DNA of 64,000 bases from an uncultured Gammaproteobacteria bacterium. GTDB lineage: Bacteria; Pseudomonadota; Gammaproteobacteria; Arenicellales; CAJQKF01. Position 1 is the first letter of the stretch, and every line of letters begins with the position of its first letter. The stretch lies in NCBI GenBank assembly GCA_905478855.1, contig CAJQKF010000039.1:4934-68933 (forward strand). The letters run 5' to 3'. The notes beneath the pieces were generated by a model. It searched no databases. It was not told where the DNA came from and worked only from the letters and a program-made list of their open reading frames with translations. Shown here one piece after another: positions 9,218 to 19,450 of the stretch. The translations under genes and the position numbers were made by a program.

Positions 9218-10519
9218 ATGAAACTTTTGAATACAATTTTAGCTGTGGCCCTTTCGGGTTTTGCGGCATCTACAATGGCGGCTACGGAGGTGCAGTGGTG
9301 GCATGCCATGGGCGGTGTTAACGGCGAGCGAGTAAACAAGATCGCGGATGACTTTAACGCGTCCCAAGCGGATTACAAGATAGTACCCAGTTATAAAGGT
9401 AACTATACAGAAACCATGACTGCTGCAATCGCCGCATTTCGTGCGAAAGAGCAGCCACATATTGTGCAAGTATTTGAAGTGGGTACTGCGACTATGATGG
9501 CGGCCAAAGGTGCTGTGTACCCTGTTGAGCAAGTTATGAAAGATGCTGGTGAGCCGTTCGATAAGTCAATTTTTCTGCCAGCAGTGATTAGTTATTACCA
9601 AACTTCTGAAGGCGAATTATTGTCAATGCCTTTTAACAGTTCTACACCGGTTCTTTGGTATAACAACGATGCGTTTAAGAAGGCAGGCGTTGAGAGTCCA
9701 CCCAAAACGTGGGACGACATGAAGGATGCATCGGAAAAATTGGTTGCCGCGGGTTATAAATGCGGATTTTCGTTTGGTTGGCAGTCTTGGGTAATGATTG
9801 AAAACTACAGCTCTTGGCATGATCTGGCTGTAGGCACTAAAGAGAACGGTTTTACCGGTACAGATACCAACTTTACCTTTAACAATGATCATGTAAAAGC
9901 GCGTATTGGCAGTATTGCTGATTGGTCAAAAGACAATCTGTTTAAGTATGGTGGTCGACGTGGGGATAGCCTCTCAATGTATACCACTGGTGAGTGCGGT
10001 ATGTGGATGAACTCATCTGCTTATTACGGTTCTGTGAAGAAGCAGGCAGAGTTTGACTTCGGTCAAACCATGTTACCAGTTGATACGGATGTGAGAGCAG
10101 AAGCTCAAAACTCAATTATCGGTGGTGCGACACTTTGGGTGCTCAGAGGCGGCGAAGATAGCGAATATAAAGGCGTAGCTAAGTTTATGACCTATCTATC
10201 TTCCCCTGAGGTACAGGCGTGGTGGCATCAGGAAACTGGTTATGTGCCAATTACCACTCCAGCGTACGAACTTTCTAAGACTCAGGGTTTTTATGATGCA
10301 AATCCAGGCACGGATACGGCGATTAAACAACTTAGCCTGAATACACCAACGGCTAATTCTCGCGGCATTCGATTCGGAAATTTCGTGCAAATTCGTGATG
10401 TAATCAACGAAGAAATGGAGGCTATCTGGAACGGCAGTAAAACAGCTGCCCAAGGTCTGGATGACGCAGCTGAGCGTGGCGATACTCTATTGCGTAAATT
10501 CGACCGTGCTAATAAATAA
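9218..10519 (+). CDS. ugpB: sn-glycerol-3-phosphate ABC transporter substrate-binding protein
   Basis: 433 aa with a signal peptide. The start of the mature protein (EVQWWHAMGG) and the overall pattern are typical of UgpB. ugpAEC follow. Confidence 0.9.
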   Translation: MKLLNTILAVALSGFAASTMAATEVQWWHAMGGVNGERVNKIADDFNASQADYKIVPSYKGNYTETMTAAIAAFRAKEQPHIVQVFEVGTATMMAAKGAVYPVEQVMKDAGEPFDKSIFLPAVISYYQTSEGELLSMPFNSSTPVLWYNNDAFKKAGVESPPKTWDDMKDASEKLVAAGYKCGFSFGWQSWVMIENYSSWHDLAVGTKENGFTGTDTNFTFNNDHVKARIGSIADWSKDNLFKYGGRRGDSLSMYTTGECGMWMNSSAYYGSVKKQAEFDFGQTMLPVDTDVRAEAQNSIIGGATLWVLRGGEDSEYKGVAKFMTYLSSPEVQAWWHQETGYVPITTPAYELSKTQGFYDANPGTDTAIKQLSLNTPTANSRGIRFGNFVQIRDVINEEMEAIWNGSKTAAQGLDDAAERGDTLLRKFDRANK

Positions 10520-10536
10520 TTAGTGGTATACCTTGT

Positions 10537-10575
10537 GGTCACCCCAATGAAGACTTGGGGTGACTTTTTTTCTTT
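10537..10575 (+). terminator. Intra-operon stem-loop with T-run after ugpB (attenuator or mRNA stabiliser)
   Basis: GTCACCCCA-atgaagact-TGGGGTGAC is followed by TTTTTTTCTTTTT. It lies between the ugpB stop and the ugpA start. Confidence 0.55.
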
Positions 10576-10594
10576 TTGTTAAACGTATTTACTA

Positions 10595-11479
10595 ATGCTG
10601 AAGCAGGTTCATTTCGGCCCTTCCTATATTCCATATTTGCTGGTTACTCCGCAGATACTCATTACGCTTGTGTTTTTTATATGGCCGGCGGGTCATGCGC
10701 TTTACCAATCTTTATTAATTGAAGATGCATTTGGTTTGAGCTCCGAATTTGTCTGGTTTGAGAACTTCGAGGTATTGTTTGCGGATGAGCACTATTTAGG
10801 TACCTTCAAACGTACAATATTCTTTTCTGTTTTGGTTGCCAGTATATCAATGGGTTTTTCGCTGATACTTGCTGCCATGGCAGATCGTGTGATTAAAGCG
10901 GCTATGGTATATCGCACGCTGTTGATCTGGCCTTATGCCGTAGCGCCGGTGGTGGCCGGTGCATTATGGGTCTTTATGTTTGACCCAACCCTTGGTATTT
11001 TGACCTACGGCCTATCGATGTTTGGTTATGATTGGAACCATAAACTCAATGGAAACGAGGCCATGGCTCTGGTTATAATCGCTGCTGCCTGGAAACAGGT
11101 GGCCTATAACTTTTTGTTCTTTTTGGCAGCCATGCAGTCGATTCCGAAATCACTTATCGAGGCCGCGGCGATTGATGGTGCAGGTCCGGTGCGTCGTTTC
11201 GCAACGATTGTATTTCCGTTGATCTCACCCACAACCTTCTTTTTACTGGTCGTGAATATTGTGTATGCGTTTTTTGATACATTCGGCATTGTGCATACCA
11301 TTACCCAGGGTGGTCCAGCCAAGGCAACCGAGATTTTGGTGTACAAGGTATACAACGATGGTTTTGTTGGACTCGATTTAGGTGGTTCGGCCGCACAGTC
11401 GGTGGTGCTCATGGCGATCGTGATCGCGCTAACGGTGATTCAGTTTCGTTATATTGAGAAGACGGTTGAGTATTCATGA
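10595..11479 (+). CDS. ugpA: sn-glycerol-3-phosphate ABC transporter permease
   Basis: 294 aa MalF-type permease with an [17 protein letters not shown] loop. Operon position supports the call. Confidence 0.9.
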   Translation: MLKQVHFGPSYIPYLLVTPQILITLVFFIWPAGHALYQSLLIEDAFGLSSEFVWFENFEVLFADEHYLGTFKRTIFFSVLVASISMGFSLILAAMADRVIKAAMVYRTLLIWPYAVAPVVAGALWVFMFDPTLGILTYGLSMFGYDWNHKLNGNEAMALVIIAAAWKQVAYNFLFFLAAMQSIPKSLIEAAAIDGAGPVRRFATIVFPLISPTTFFLLVVNIVYAFFDTFGIVHTITQGGPAKATEILVYKVYNDGFVGLDLGGSAAQSVVLMAIVIALTVIQFRYIEKTVEYS

Positions 11480-12324
11480 TTGAAAACCGGCCCTTTATTA
11501 CATTCCTAAGTCATGCCGTACTGATTCTTGGTATCGCTATTATTGCCTTCCCTATCTGGATAACCTTTGTTGCAGCGACTCATGATGCGGTGCGAATGGT
11601 GCAGGTCCCGCTGCCATTGTTGCCGGGTGACCAATTTTTTGCGAATCTGGATCAGGCGCTAAATAAGGGTATCAGTGGTGGCTCAAATAGCGGCGTTGGT
11701 ATGATGATCTTTAACAGCTTGGTAATGGCGCTAATGATAGCCATTGGTAAGATTGCCATATCGTTATTGTCTGCATTTGCTATCGTCTATTTCCGCTTTC
11801 CGTTTCGTATGGGATTCTTTTGGATGATCTTTATCACCTTAATGCTCCCGGTTGAAGTTAGAATTATCCCGACGTTCGAAGTCGTTGCGAATCTTAATAT
11901 GCTTAATAGCTACTGGGGTTTGAGTATTCCGTTAATAGCGTCGGCTACGGCGACCTTTATGTTTCGCCAAACATTTCTTACTATTCCTGATGAATTACTC
12001 GAGGCAGCACGTATTGATGGCGCAGGCGCAATGCGGTTTTTCTTTGACATTCTTTTACCAATGTCCCGCACCAACATTGCAGCCTTATTCGTGATTCTTT
12101 TTATATACGGTTGGAATCAATATCTATGGCCGTTACTGATTACTACAGATCAGAGCATGTTTACCGTCGTTATGTCGATTAAGCAGATGCTGGAGACGGC
12201 GGAGCAGGCGCCTGAATGGAACATTATTATGATGACTACGTTGCTGGCTATGTTGCCACCGGTTGTTGTAGTGGTATTTATGCAAAAATTATTTGTCAAA
12301 GGCCTCACCGAGACAGAGAAATAA
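11476..12324 (+). CDS. ugpE: sn-glycerol-3-phosphate ABC transporter permease
   Basis: 282 aa MalG-type permease with an [17 protein letters not shown] loop. It overlaps ugpA by 4 bp. Confidence 0.9.
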   Translation: MIENRPFITFLSHAVLILGIAIIAFPIWITFVAATHDAVRMVQVPLPLLPGDQFFANLDQALNKGISGGSNSGVGMMIFNSLVMALMIAIGKIAISLLSAFAIVYFRFPFRMGFFWMIFITLMLPVEVRIIPTFEVVANLNMLNSYWGLSIPLIASATATFMFRQTFLTIPDELLEAARIDGAGAMRFFFDILLPMSRTNIAALFVILFIYGWNQYLWPLLITTDQSMFTVVMSIKQMLETAEQAPEWNIIMMTTLLAMLPPVVVVVFMQKLFVKGLTETEK

Positions 12325-12333
12325 GAGAATCGT

Positions 12334-13419
12334 ATGGCTACAGTTCAACTAAATAATATTGGGAAGGTTTATCCAAACGGGTTTAAGGCCATTCACGATG
12401 TCAATGTGGAGATTGACGACGGTGAATTTATCGTTTTAGTCGGCCCCTCTGGCTGCGGTAAGTCCACTTTAATGCGGATGGTTGCGGGATTGGAGCAGGT
12501 TACCTCTGGAACTATTAGTATAGATGGCCAAGAAGTGAACAAATTGGAACCTGCAGATCGTAACATTGCCATGGTTTTCCAAAACTATGCTTTGTATCCG
12601 CATATGAGTGTGTATCAGAATATGGCGTACGGACTTAAAATCAGGGGCATACCAAAAGCCGAGATTAATGAGCGTGTAAATAAAGCTGCAGACATATTGG
12701 AACTGACAGCGGATCAACTGGTTCGAAAGCCTCGCCAGCTTAGTGGAGGGCAGCGTCAGCGTGTCGCAATGGGTCGGGCGATTGTTCGTGAACCCAGTGT
12801 TTTTCTTTTTGATGAGCCGCTTTCAAATTTAGATGCAAAATTACGTGTGCAAATGCGTATCGAAATCAAGCTATTGCAACAACAGCTTGGCACTACCAGC
12901 ATCTACGTAACACATGACCAAACAGAGGCGATGACACTCGGGCATCGTTTGGTGGTTTTAAATTTCGGACGCATTGAACAGCTTGGCACTCCTATTGAGC
13001 TTTATGAAAAACCGGCGTCACTTTTTGTAGCGGGATTTATCGGCTCACCAGCGATGAATTTTACAGACGCGAAAGTTAGCGCAGATGGTGATTCTGTGGA
13101 TCTTATCGGCGGGGTTTCATTCAAATTACCAGAAGGTATTTATAGATCGTTTGCGAATAAGGAAGTGGTTCTCGGTATGCGACCAGAAGATCTTGAGATT
13201 GCTAGTAGCGATGATGATAGACGAGACATGGTAACTCGATTGGTTGAGCAGTTGGGTGCCGATACATTAGTTCATGGCTCGTTTGGCGAGGCTAAGGCCG
13301 ACATGACCATACGTCTTTCTGGTATCCAAAACTTTAATCCCGGTGAAGTTCTTCCCGTACGCATCTCTCCAAATAAGATTCATTTATTCGATCCGCAGAC
13401 TGAAAAACGTCTAGATTGA
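12334..13419 (+). CDS. ugpC: sn-glycerol-3-phosphate ABC transporter ATP-binding protein
   Basis: It has Walker A (GPSGCGKST), the LSGGQRQR signature, Walker B (FLFDEPLS) and a MalK-like C-terminal regulatory domain. Confidence 0.9.
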   Translation: MATVQLNNIGKVYPNGFKAIHDVNVEIDDGEFIVLVGPSGCGKSTLMRMVAGLEQVTSGTISIDGQEVNKLEPADRNIAMVFQNYALYPHMSVYQNMAYGLKIRGIPKAEINERVNKAADILELTADQLVRKPRQLSGGQRQRVAMGRAIVREPSVFLFDEPLSNLDAKLRVQMRIEIKLLQQQLGTTSIYVTHDQTEAMTLGHRLVVLNFGRIEQLGTPIELYEKPASLFVAGFIGSPAMNFTDAKVSADGDSVDLIGGVSFKLPEGIYRSFANKEVVLGMRPEDLEIASSDDDRRDMVTRLVEQLGADTLVHGSFGEAKADMTIRLSGIQNFNPGEVLPVRISPNKIHLFDPQTEKRLD

Positions 13420-14432
13420 TTGTAATGACTTTCTCGTTAAGCACCTTACAGGTGTGGGTAGTGGTATTGTCTGTAGCGCTGACTTTTAGCGCGAGCTCTG
13501 CGGTTGGTTTTGATTCTCAAGGGCATCGTGGGGCGCGGGGATTGATGCCTGAGAATACCTTGCCAGGTTTTTCAGCTGCACTTGGCATTGGTGTTGATAC
13601 ACTAGAAATGGATGTTGGACTCACCGTGGATAATCATGTGGTGTTATCACATAATCCCCGACTCGAACCGGAAATCGTGCGCAATGCTAATGGTCAGTGG
13701 TTGGTTGAGAGTAGTGCACCTATTTCAACAATGAATTTAAAAACCCTTAAGACATATGATGTGGGTCGAATTAATCCGGATAGCCGCTACGCGGAACGCT
13801 TTGGCACGCAGCAGTCGGTAGACGGCACACAAAGCCCCACTCTTGCAGACGTATTTGAGTTGGTAAGACGATCGGGAAATTCATCTGTTCGCTTTAATAT
13901 TGAACTTAAAATAAACCCGAATCATCCAGAGGAAACATTTTTACCGCCTGCGTTTGTAAGCGCAGTACTGAGTGAGATTAAAAATCATAAAGTCGAAGAA
14001 CGGGTGATTATTCAATCTTTTGATTGGCGTGTGCTTCAAGAAACTCAATCACAAATGCCTAAAATAAAAACCGCTTATTTAACAGCAAGCCAGAAATGGC
14101 TAAACAATTTACAGATCGGTGAGCCTGGCAAATCAGCTTGGTTAGCCGGTATCGATATTGATGAGTTTGAAGGAAGTGCGCCTCGTGCTATTAAGGCCGT
14201 TGGTGGTGACATCTGGTCCCCGTATCATAAGGAGGTTAGCAGCGAAAATATTCAACTGGCGCAGCAGCTGGGTTTGAGTGTGATCGTCTGGACTGTAAAC
14301 GATATGCCACGAATGCGTGAACTAATCAAAATGGGTGTCGACGGGATCATTAGCGATTATCCTGATCGATTGCGTTCAGTAATGGACGAATTGGATATGC
14401 CGTTGCCGATATCAACAGCTATTGCACAGTAG
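13416..14432 (+). CDS. Secreted glycerophosphodiester phosphodiesterase (GDPD family)
   Basis: It has an N-terminal signal sequence and the GDPD catalytic start [16 protein letters not shown]...LEMDV. It overlaps ugpC by 4 bp. Confidence 0.85.
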   Translation: MIVMTFSLSTLQVWVVVLSVALTFSASSAVGFDSQGHRGARGLMPENTLPGFSAALGIGVDTLEMDVGLTVDNHVVLSHNPRLEPEIVRNANGQWLVESSAPISTMNLKTLKTYDVGRINPDSRYAERFGTQQSVDGTQSPTLADVFELVRRSGNSSVRFNIELKINPNHPEETFLPPAFVSAVLSEIKNHKVEERVIIQSFDWRVLQETQSQMPKIKTAYLTASQKWLNNLQIGEPGKSAWLAGIDIDEFEGSAPRAIKAVGGDIWSPYHKEVSSENIQLAQQLGLSVIVWTVNDMPRMRELIKMGVDGIISDYPDRLRSVMDELDMPLPISTAIAQ

Positions 14433-14528
14433 TTTACAATTAAAGTAAAATTTTTTTGCAGTGACAAATTATTAAGATTTGCCTCACGGTTTCAACAAAT
14501 CTTCTAGTTTATAACGACGAAGGCGAAC

Positions 14529-14963
14529 TCATTTATCAATAGTTTCTCTTCCTTCCCCGCCAAACATTGTTGCAAAGTAGCCGATAACTAAGCCGATAAT
14601 GGCTCCTTCAGCGGCGAACCAGAACGGGGAACTAAACAGGCCATTTTCTCCAAATACTCGCGCCATCATATCAAACATCACATCATAGGCAAAAAATACG
14701 AGTACGAAATTCATCCACGCGCCAATAAGTGGCGCGCGAAACCACCAAGGCATAGGTAGCTTTAGAATGGGATGATAGGTAAATACACCAAATACGCCGA
14801 TAATCGCCCCAACCGTAATGTACCAAAGCAAAATGCCCCAACGGGTTAGCGAAACAACCTCTGGCAGAAAATAAGGTAAACAAATAAACGCGGCCAATCC
14901 AACAACAAGGCCTAGTCCTTTCCCAATTGCAATACGTGTTATTAACGACGGATTTTTTAACAT
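14529..14963 (-). CDS. Small integral membrane protein of unknown function (about 4 TM helices)
   Basis: 144 aa with four hydrophobic stretches. I recognise no family motif. Confidence 0.45.
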   Translation of the reverse strand: MLKNPSLITRIAIGKGLGLVVGLAAFICLPYFLPEVVSLTRWGILLWYITVGAIIGVFGVFTYHPILKLPMPWWFRAPLIGAWMNFVLVFFAYDVMFDMMARVFGENGLFSSPFWFAAEGAIIGLVIGYFATMFGGEGRETIDK

Positions 14964-15196
14964 AGATTTCTTGACCTCACACCTATAACATGTGCGATAT
15001 ACTATAGGACTGATTAGTAGATTCTGAGTTGATCTAAATCAATTTTTATGCATAAAAATATGTCGCATAAATGTAAATAAGATTGGTGTGTGTTGTGCCA
15101 ATGATCAGAACTTTATAGACTATCTAGCCTCTTCAATAGAGCAGTGTGTAGTAGTAGATTTTAAATTTTGCGCTCGCTTTTCGTGAAAGTGAATTA

Positions 15197-15811
15197 TTGA
15201 CCCGTATGGTTGTTGCGATTAACGTATTACAATTGAAAAAAAGTTGGCTATTACTATTATTGATAGTATTGTCTGTCTTGACGTTACCGATGGGTTTCGC
15301 CATTGGATCAGATGACCATCATCTATGGACAGCATTAAAAAAGGGTGGTCATGTTGCATTACTTCGTCATGCACTAGCACCGGGTACTGGCGATCCCGCG
15401 AACTTTCAACTGGATGATTGCACTACGCAACGGAATTTATCTGAAGAGGGTCGGGCACAAGCTACAAGAATTGGGGAGCGCTTTCGCGAACACGGTATAT
15501 CATCAGCACTTGTGTATTCCAGTCAATGGTGCCGTTGTATAGATACGGCAACTCTTCTTGATTTTGGCAAAGCTCAGCCGTTTGAAGTACTCAATTCGTT
15601 TTATCAAAAATATGATCGCAAAGAAAAGCAAACAGCATTGTTGGAAAGGTGGATTAGGTCGGGGTCACTTGATAAGCCTCTAATTATCGTTACGCATCAA
15701 GTAAACATTACGGCACTAACGGGAGTTTTCCCGGCGTCCGGCGAGTTAGTGGTGGTTAATGTTCAGAAGGGTGAACCACTAGTAGTGGTTGGCACTGTAC
15801 TAACTAACTAA
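15197..15811 (+). CDS. Histidine phosphatase family protein (SixA/PGAM-like), secreted. An alternative start is the ATG at 15206
   Basis: It has the catalytic motif LLRHALAPGTGDP, then RNLSEEGRAQA. An N-terminal hydrophobic signal is present. Confidence 0.7.
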   Translation: MTRMVVAINVLQLKKSWLLLLLIVLSVLTLPMGFAIGSDDHHLWTALKKGGHVALLRHALAPGTGDPANFQLDDCTTQRNLSEEGRAQATRIGERFREHGISSALVYSSQWCRCIDTATLLDFGKAQPFEVLNSFYQKYDRKEKQTALLERWIRSGSLDKPLIIVTHQVNITALTGVFPASGELVVVNVQKGEPLVVVGTVLTN

Positions 15812-15825
15812 CTAACTAACGTAAC
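15801..15825. repeat. Tetranucleotide microsatellite (TAAC)5 plus one interrupted unit, spanning the stop codon
   Basis: The sequence taactaactaactaactaac g taac can be read directly. The stop codon of the preceding CDS (15809-15811) lies inside it. Confidence 0.9.
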
Positions 15826-16044
15826 AGCGTATTGCACACCTAGCCGCTTAAAATAAAAACCAGTTTTAAATAAGGAGACTGCATTCGATTCATTTGGCGC
15901 TATAGTATTGCAAAGATTTTCATATGCTAAGAATGGCAAAAATATTAGCGTTGGTTTCAGGGTTCTTTTTTTTACTTAATTAAGGTCCGACCTGTTTCAA
16001 CGAAGTAAGAACGAAAACTAATTGTAAAGTAGGTCAAGACGCTG

Positions 16045-16971
16045 ATGAAAAGTACTGATAAGGAAATATTGTTAACTGCTGTGGAATGGCTTGATGGTGG
16101 CTATGATGTGGAGTTGGTTACCCTGGTAAAGGCATGGGGATCATCACCTCGACCCGTTGGAGCGATGGCGATAGTAAGACAAGATGGGCAGTTATATGGA
16201 TCGGTGTCTGGAGGTTGTATAGAAAAACAAATTACGACTACTCTGCGTAACAATGATTCCTCGAAACTGCTTCAGTATGAAATAACTGCAGCGCAGGCAC
16301 TGCGGTTTGGACTAACCTGTGGCGGTACGTTACAGTTGGTTTTCGAGAAGCTAACCGATGTAGAGTCTTTGCGCTACATTATTAAACAACTGGAGCTTCG
16401 TCAACGTGTTAGTCGCAGGGTCAATCTTGAAGGATCAGAAGTAACCATTAGTTCGGCAGATCGGAATGCAGATTTCTCGTTTGATGGTACACACCTAACC
16501 AAAGTTTTCGGACCTGTGTGGAGACTCATACTTATTGGTGCCGGAGAATTATCTCGTAGGGTTGCCGATTTGGCTTTAACTCTCGACTATGAAGTATTGG
16601 TGTGTGAGCCTCGCCAAAGTTTAAATCCTAATTGGCGGATTCCAGAGGTTTTATTCGATAATCGTTCTCCGGATGACGTGGTGAAAACGTATTGCGATGA
16701 TTCGCGTTGCATCGTTTTGGCGTTAACCCACGATCCAAACCTGGATGATCTGGCAGTGATGGAAGCATTGGAGTTGGGAGTCTTTTATGTTGGGGCACTT
16801 GGTTCAAGAAAAAATAATACACTGCGTCGTAAGCGATTGTTGGCGTTGGGTATAGACAAGACACAGGTTGCCCGGTTTCATGGTCCTGTTGGCTTGAGAA
16901 TTGGCAGCAGAACTCCAGCAGAGATTGCGGTGTCTATTATGGCAGAGCTTATTACTTTGCGAGGTGGGTAG
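16045..16971 (+). CDS. XdhC/CoxI-family molybdoenzyme maturation protein
   Basis: WGSSPRPVGAMAIV...GSVSGGCIE is the N-terminal XdhC motif. A C-terminal Rossmann-like domain (LILIGAGELS) is present. Confidence 0.85.
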   Translation: MKSTDKEILLTAVEWLDGGYDVELVTLVKAWGSSPRPVGAMAIVRQDGQLYGSVSGGCIEKQITTTLRNNDSSKLLQYEITAAQALRFGLTCGGTLQLVFEKLTDVESLRYIIKQLELRQRVSRRVNLEGSEVTISSADRNADFSFDGTHLTKVFGPVWRLILIGAGELSRRVADLALTLDYEVLVCEPRQSLNPNWRIPEVLFDNRSPDDVVKTYCDDSRCIVLALTHDPNLDDLAVMEALELGVFYVGALGSRKNNTLRRKRLLALGIDKTQVARFHGPVGLRIGSRTPAEIAVSIMAELITLRGG

Positions 16972-17018
16972 GTTGATCCTCTGGCAATAGACGAGTCATA
17001 AGATTCTAATGGTTTGAA

Positions 17019-17594
17019 ATGAAGAAGACTTGTTTGATATTAGCCGCGGGTTCCAGCACTAGATACGGAACACAAAAATTAGTGCAAAACATGCACAATG
17101 GCAAACCAATGCTATTAACCACTATCGAATGTTATCGAAAGGTGTTTAAGGATATTGTTGTTGTAATAACACCGGGTGCCTCAACTCTGAATAATTTGCT
17201 AGAAAATCAGGATGTTAGGGTTCTTGAATGCACGCAAAGCAAGTTCGGTATGGGTCATAGTATTGCCTGTGGTATTGCTGAACAGTCTGAATCAGACGCT
17301 GTTCTTATTGCGCTGGGTGATATGCCAAGAGTTAATGTCAAAACAGTTGCTAAACTATATGAGAAGCTAGGTCCAAATAGCATCATAGCGCCAGTTTTCC
17401 AAGGTGTCCGCGGAAATCCCGTAGGCTTTGGGCGTAAGTATTTTAGTGAGTTATTAAATCTGCAAGGCGATACCGGTGGCCGTGCCATTATAAATAATAA
17501 TCTCGATGATTTTGTAGAGATAGCGGTAAATGATCAGGGTGTTCTCTTAGATATTGATACTCCGGATCAATTGGAATCGGTGTTGCTTAAATAG
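17019..17594 (+). CDS. MobA-like NTP transferase, probably a molybdenum cofactor cytidylyltransferase (MocA-like)
   Basis: 191 aa. The LILAAGSSTRYG nucleotide-binding start and an ALGDMP motif are present. It lies between XdhC and a Mo-hydroxylase operon. Confidence 0.75.
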   Translation: MKKTCLILAAGSSTRYGTQKLVQNMHNGKPMLLTTIECYRKVFKDIVVVITPGASTLNNLLENQDVRVLECTQSKFGMGHSIACGIAEQSESDAVLIALGDMPRVNVKTVAKLYEKLGPNSIIAPVFQGVRGNPVGFGRKYFSELLNLQGDTGGRAIINNNLDDFVEIAVNDQGVLLDIDTPDQLESVLLK

Positions 17595-17642
17595 ATTACA
17601 ACTGATTAATGGTACGTTAAGCAGTGTTAGAAACCAGCCGGT

Positions 17643-18233
17643 TTAGTTCCTCGTCTTAAGCCCCATCGCACATATCATGTAAGTCATCTGTTGAATACTA
17701 TCTGCGCTGTGGTCAACTGGTTTGCTGAGATTGTGACGTAAGCCTACACCATCAAATGCCAGCATTATAATGTTGGCAATGGATGTAAATTCTTCCTGGT
17801 TGCCTGTTGAGCCGGTCACACTTTCGGACAGTAGTTCAGCTATTTTTTTTTCAGTCCACTGCAGTAACTTTGGATTGTAGTTATCGCTCGGAGTGGCAGT
17901 AGAAAGTGCTTGCACCAATGTAGTGGTTAAGCCATTTTTATGCTTTGGAATGTTGTTCCACAAGCCTTCTAGCAGTTTCTTCACCTTAGCTTCCGGCATA
18001 TTTTGCCTACGTACGGTTCTAACTAGGTTATAAATTTGTGCTTTAAACCATGATTCGTAAACTGCCAGTGCAATATCAAGTTTACATTGGAAGTACACAT
18101 AAATATTTGACGACGATGTACCCGCACGTTCGGCTATTCTACCGATAGTCGATTTAACATAGCCATGTTCTGCGAATTCTGCAGTAGCAGATTGTAAAAT
18201 AGCATTGTATACCGACTGTTTTTTTACACGCAC
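17643..18233 (-). CDS. TetR/AcrR family transcriptional regulator
   Basis: The N-terminal helix-turn-helix is FAEHGYVKSTIGRIAERAGTSSSNIYVYF. It is divergent from the nicX-like operon. Confidence 0.85.
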   Translation of the reverse strand: MRVKKQSVYNAILQSATAEFAEHGYVKSTIGRIAERAGTSSSNIYVYFQCKLDIALAVYESWFKAQIYNLVRTVRRQNMPEAKVKKLLEGLWNNIPKHKNGLTTTLVQALSTATPSDNYNPKLLQWTEKKIAELLSESVTGSTGNQEEFTSIANIIMLAFDGVGLRHNLSKPVDHSADSIQQMTYMICAMGLKTRN

Positions 18234-18265
18234 TCTTAAGCTGACCTATTTATCAGAGTGGCATT

Positions 18266-18286
18266 ATAACGAATATCATTCGCTAT
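18266..18286. promoter_or_regulatory. Candidate TetR operator (imperfect 21-bp palindrome)
   Basis: ATAACGAAT-ATC-ATTCGCTAT has 8 of 9 arm positions complementary. It lies in the 111-bp divergent intergenic region. Confidence 0.3.
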
Positions 18287-18344
18287 TGACGACTTGCTCT
18301 AAGCTTGTTCTAATAATCTAAAATCATATACCTTTATTGAGAAT

Positions 18345-19427
18345 TTGCGTATGGAATCATCCATTCGGTCCATGGAAGTCAATCCGGCTAAACTGACCAT
18401 GTTGTTTAAACAGCAGTTTGAGCTGTGCAATGTCAAAGCGGGAGAGACAGTTGCTATTGTCTCGGATCTTGGCACACGTCGTGAGTATATTCAGTCGGCA
18501 TTTGCAGCAGCAGATGAGATGGGCGTGGATATTTACGAAATGTGCGTTAATATGATTCCAGGTTGGACCAAGGTTGGTGTGCCTACCGTTGGCAAATGTA
18601 AGGGTACGCTTGCGGCTCTGCTTGCCAGCGATATGATTCTAATTTTCCATGTTCCATTATTTGCATCTTGGCTACGTACCGTAATGCAGGCCGGTGTGCG
18701 GGTGCAGATGGTCATTGATGCGCCGGATGATCTGGAACAACTGCAATCTCCGCCTGGGTTAAAGCAAGCCGTATTGCATGCTCATGACATTTATCATAAT
18801 ACTAAAGAGATTCATGTAACTAGCAAGGCTGGCACTGATCTGTACTATAGTCGTGGCGAGTATCCGGTTATGAGTCAGTATGGGATGGCGGACGAACCAG
18901 GACGTTTTGATCATTGGGGCGTCGGTTTGATTCATACTTTTCCAAATGAAGGCAGTAGCCATGGCACGGTAGTCATTCAGCCGGGAGATGTGATTATTTT
19001 GCCGTACTGCAGATACGTCGTCGATCCGGTTCATCTGACCATAGAAGATGGACATATCACCACTATTGAAGGCGGTTTGGATGCTGCTCTAATGCGCGAA
19101 TGGCTTGCCGATGGTGAAGAATTCGAAGGTGACCGTGATCCATATGCGATATCTCATCTTGGATGGGGTATGAACCCCCAATGTCGTTGGGATTCAATCG
19201 CTTTATTTGGCGATGCTCCAGAGAGAAGCCGAGCTGCATCCCGATGTTTTCCCGGAAATTTCCTGTTTTCAACTGGACCTAACACTCAAGGTGGTGGTAA
19301 ACGGATAACTCGTGGTCATTATGATGTGCCAATGCGTGAATGCACGATATCACTAGATGGTAATGTAGTAGTGGACGAGGGTCGTCTGGTTGATCCTAAG
19401 ATGATTGTACCCCGTGTGCGCCGCTAA
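18345..19427 (+). CDS. NicX-like 2,5-dihydroxypyridine 5,6-dioxygenase (M29 aminopeptidase-like fold). An alternative start is the ATG at 18351
   Basis: Several long segments match my recollection of Pseudomonas putida NicX: SKAGTDL, YGMADEPGRFDHW, ISHLGWGM, NFLFSTGPNTQGGGKR and GHYDVPMREC. Confidence 0.8.
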   Translation: MRMESSIRSMEVNPAKLTMLFKQQFELCNVKAGETVAIVSDLGTRREYIQSAFAAADEMGVDIYEMCVNMIPGWTKVGVPTVGKCKGTLAALLASDMILIFHVPLFASWLRTVMQAGVRVQMVIDAPDDLEQLQSPPGLKQAVLHAHDIYHNTKEIHVTSKAGTDLYYSRGEYPVMSQYGMADEPGRFDHWGVGLIHTFPNEGSSHGTVVIQPGDVIILPYCRYVVDPVHLTIEDGHITTIEGGLDAALMREWLADGEEFEGDRDPYAISHLGWGMNPQCRWDSIALFGDAPERSRAASRCFPGNFLFSTGPNTQGGGKRITRGHYDVPMRECTISLDGNVVVDEGRLVDPKMIVPRVRR

Positions 19428-19450
19428 ACTTAACTATAGTCACTAGGCCA

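Noticed and set aside
17843-17851. T9 run (A9 on the coding strand, EKKIAELL) inside the TetR gene, and A8/T8 runs at about 4997-5004 and 35354-35361.
   Set aside because: Poly-A/T runs of this length encoding Lys-rich stretches are expected by chance in an AT-rich genome. Unlike the G8 tract, they are not compositionally surprising, so I do not flag them as phase-variation candidates.
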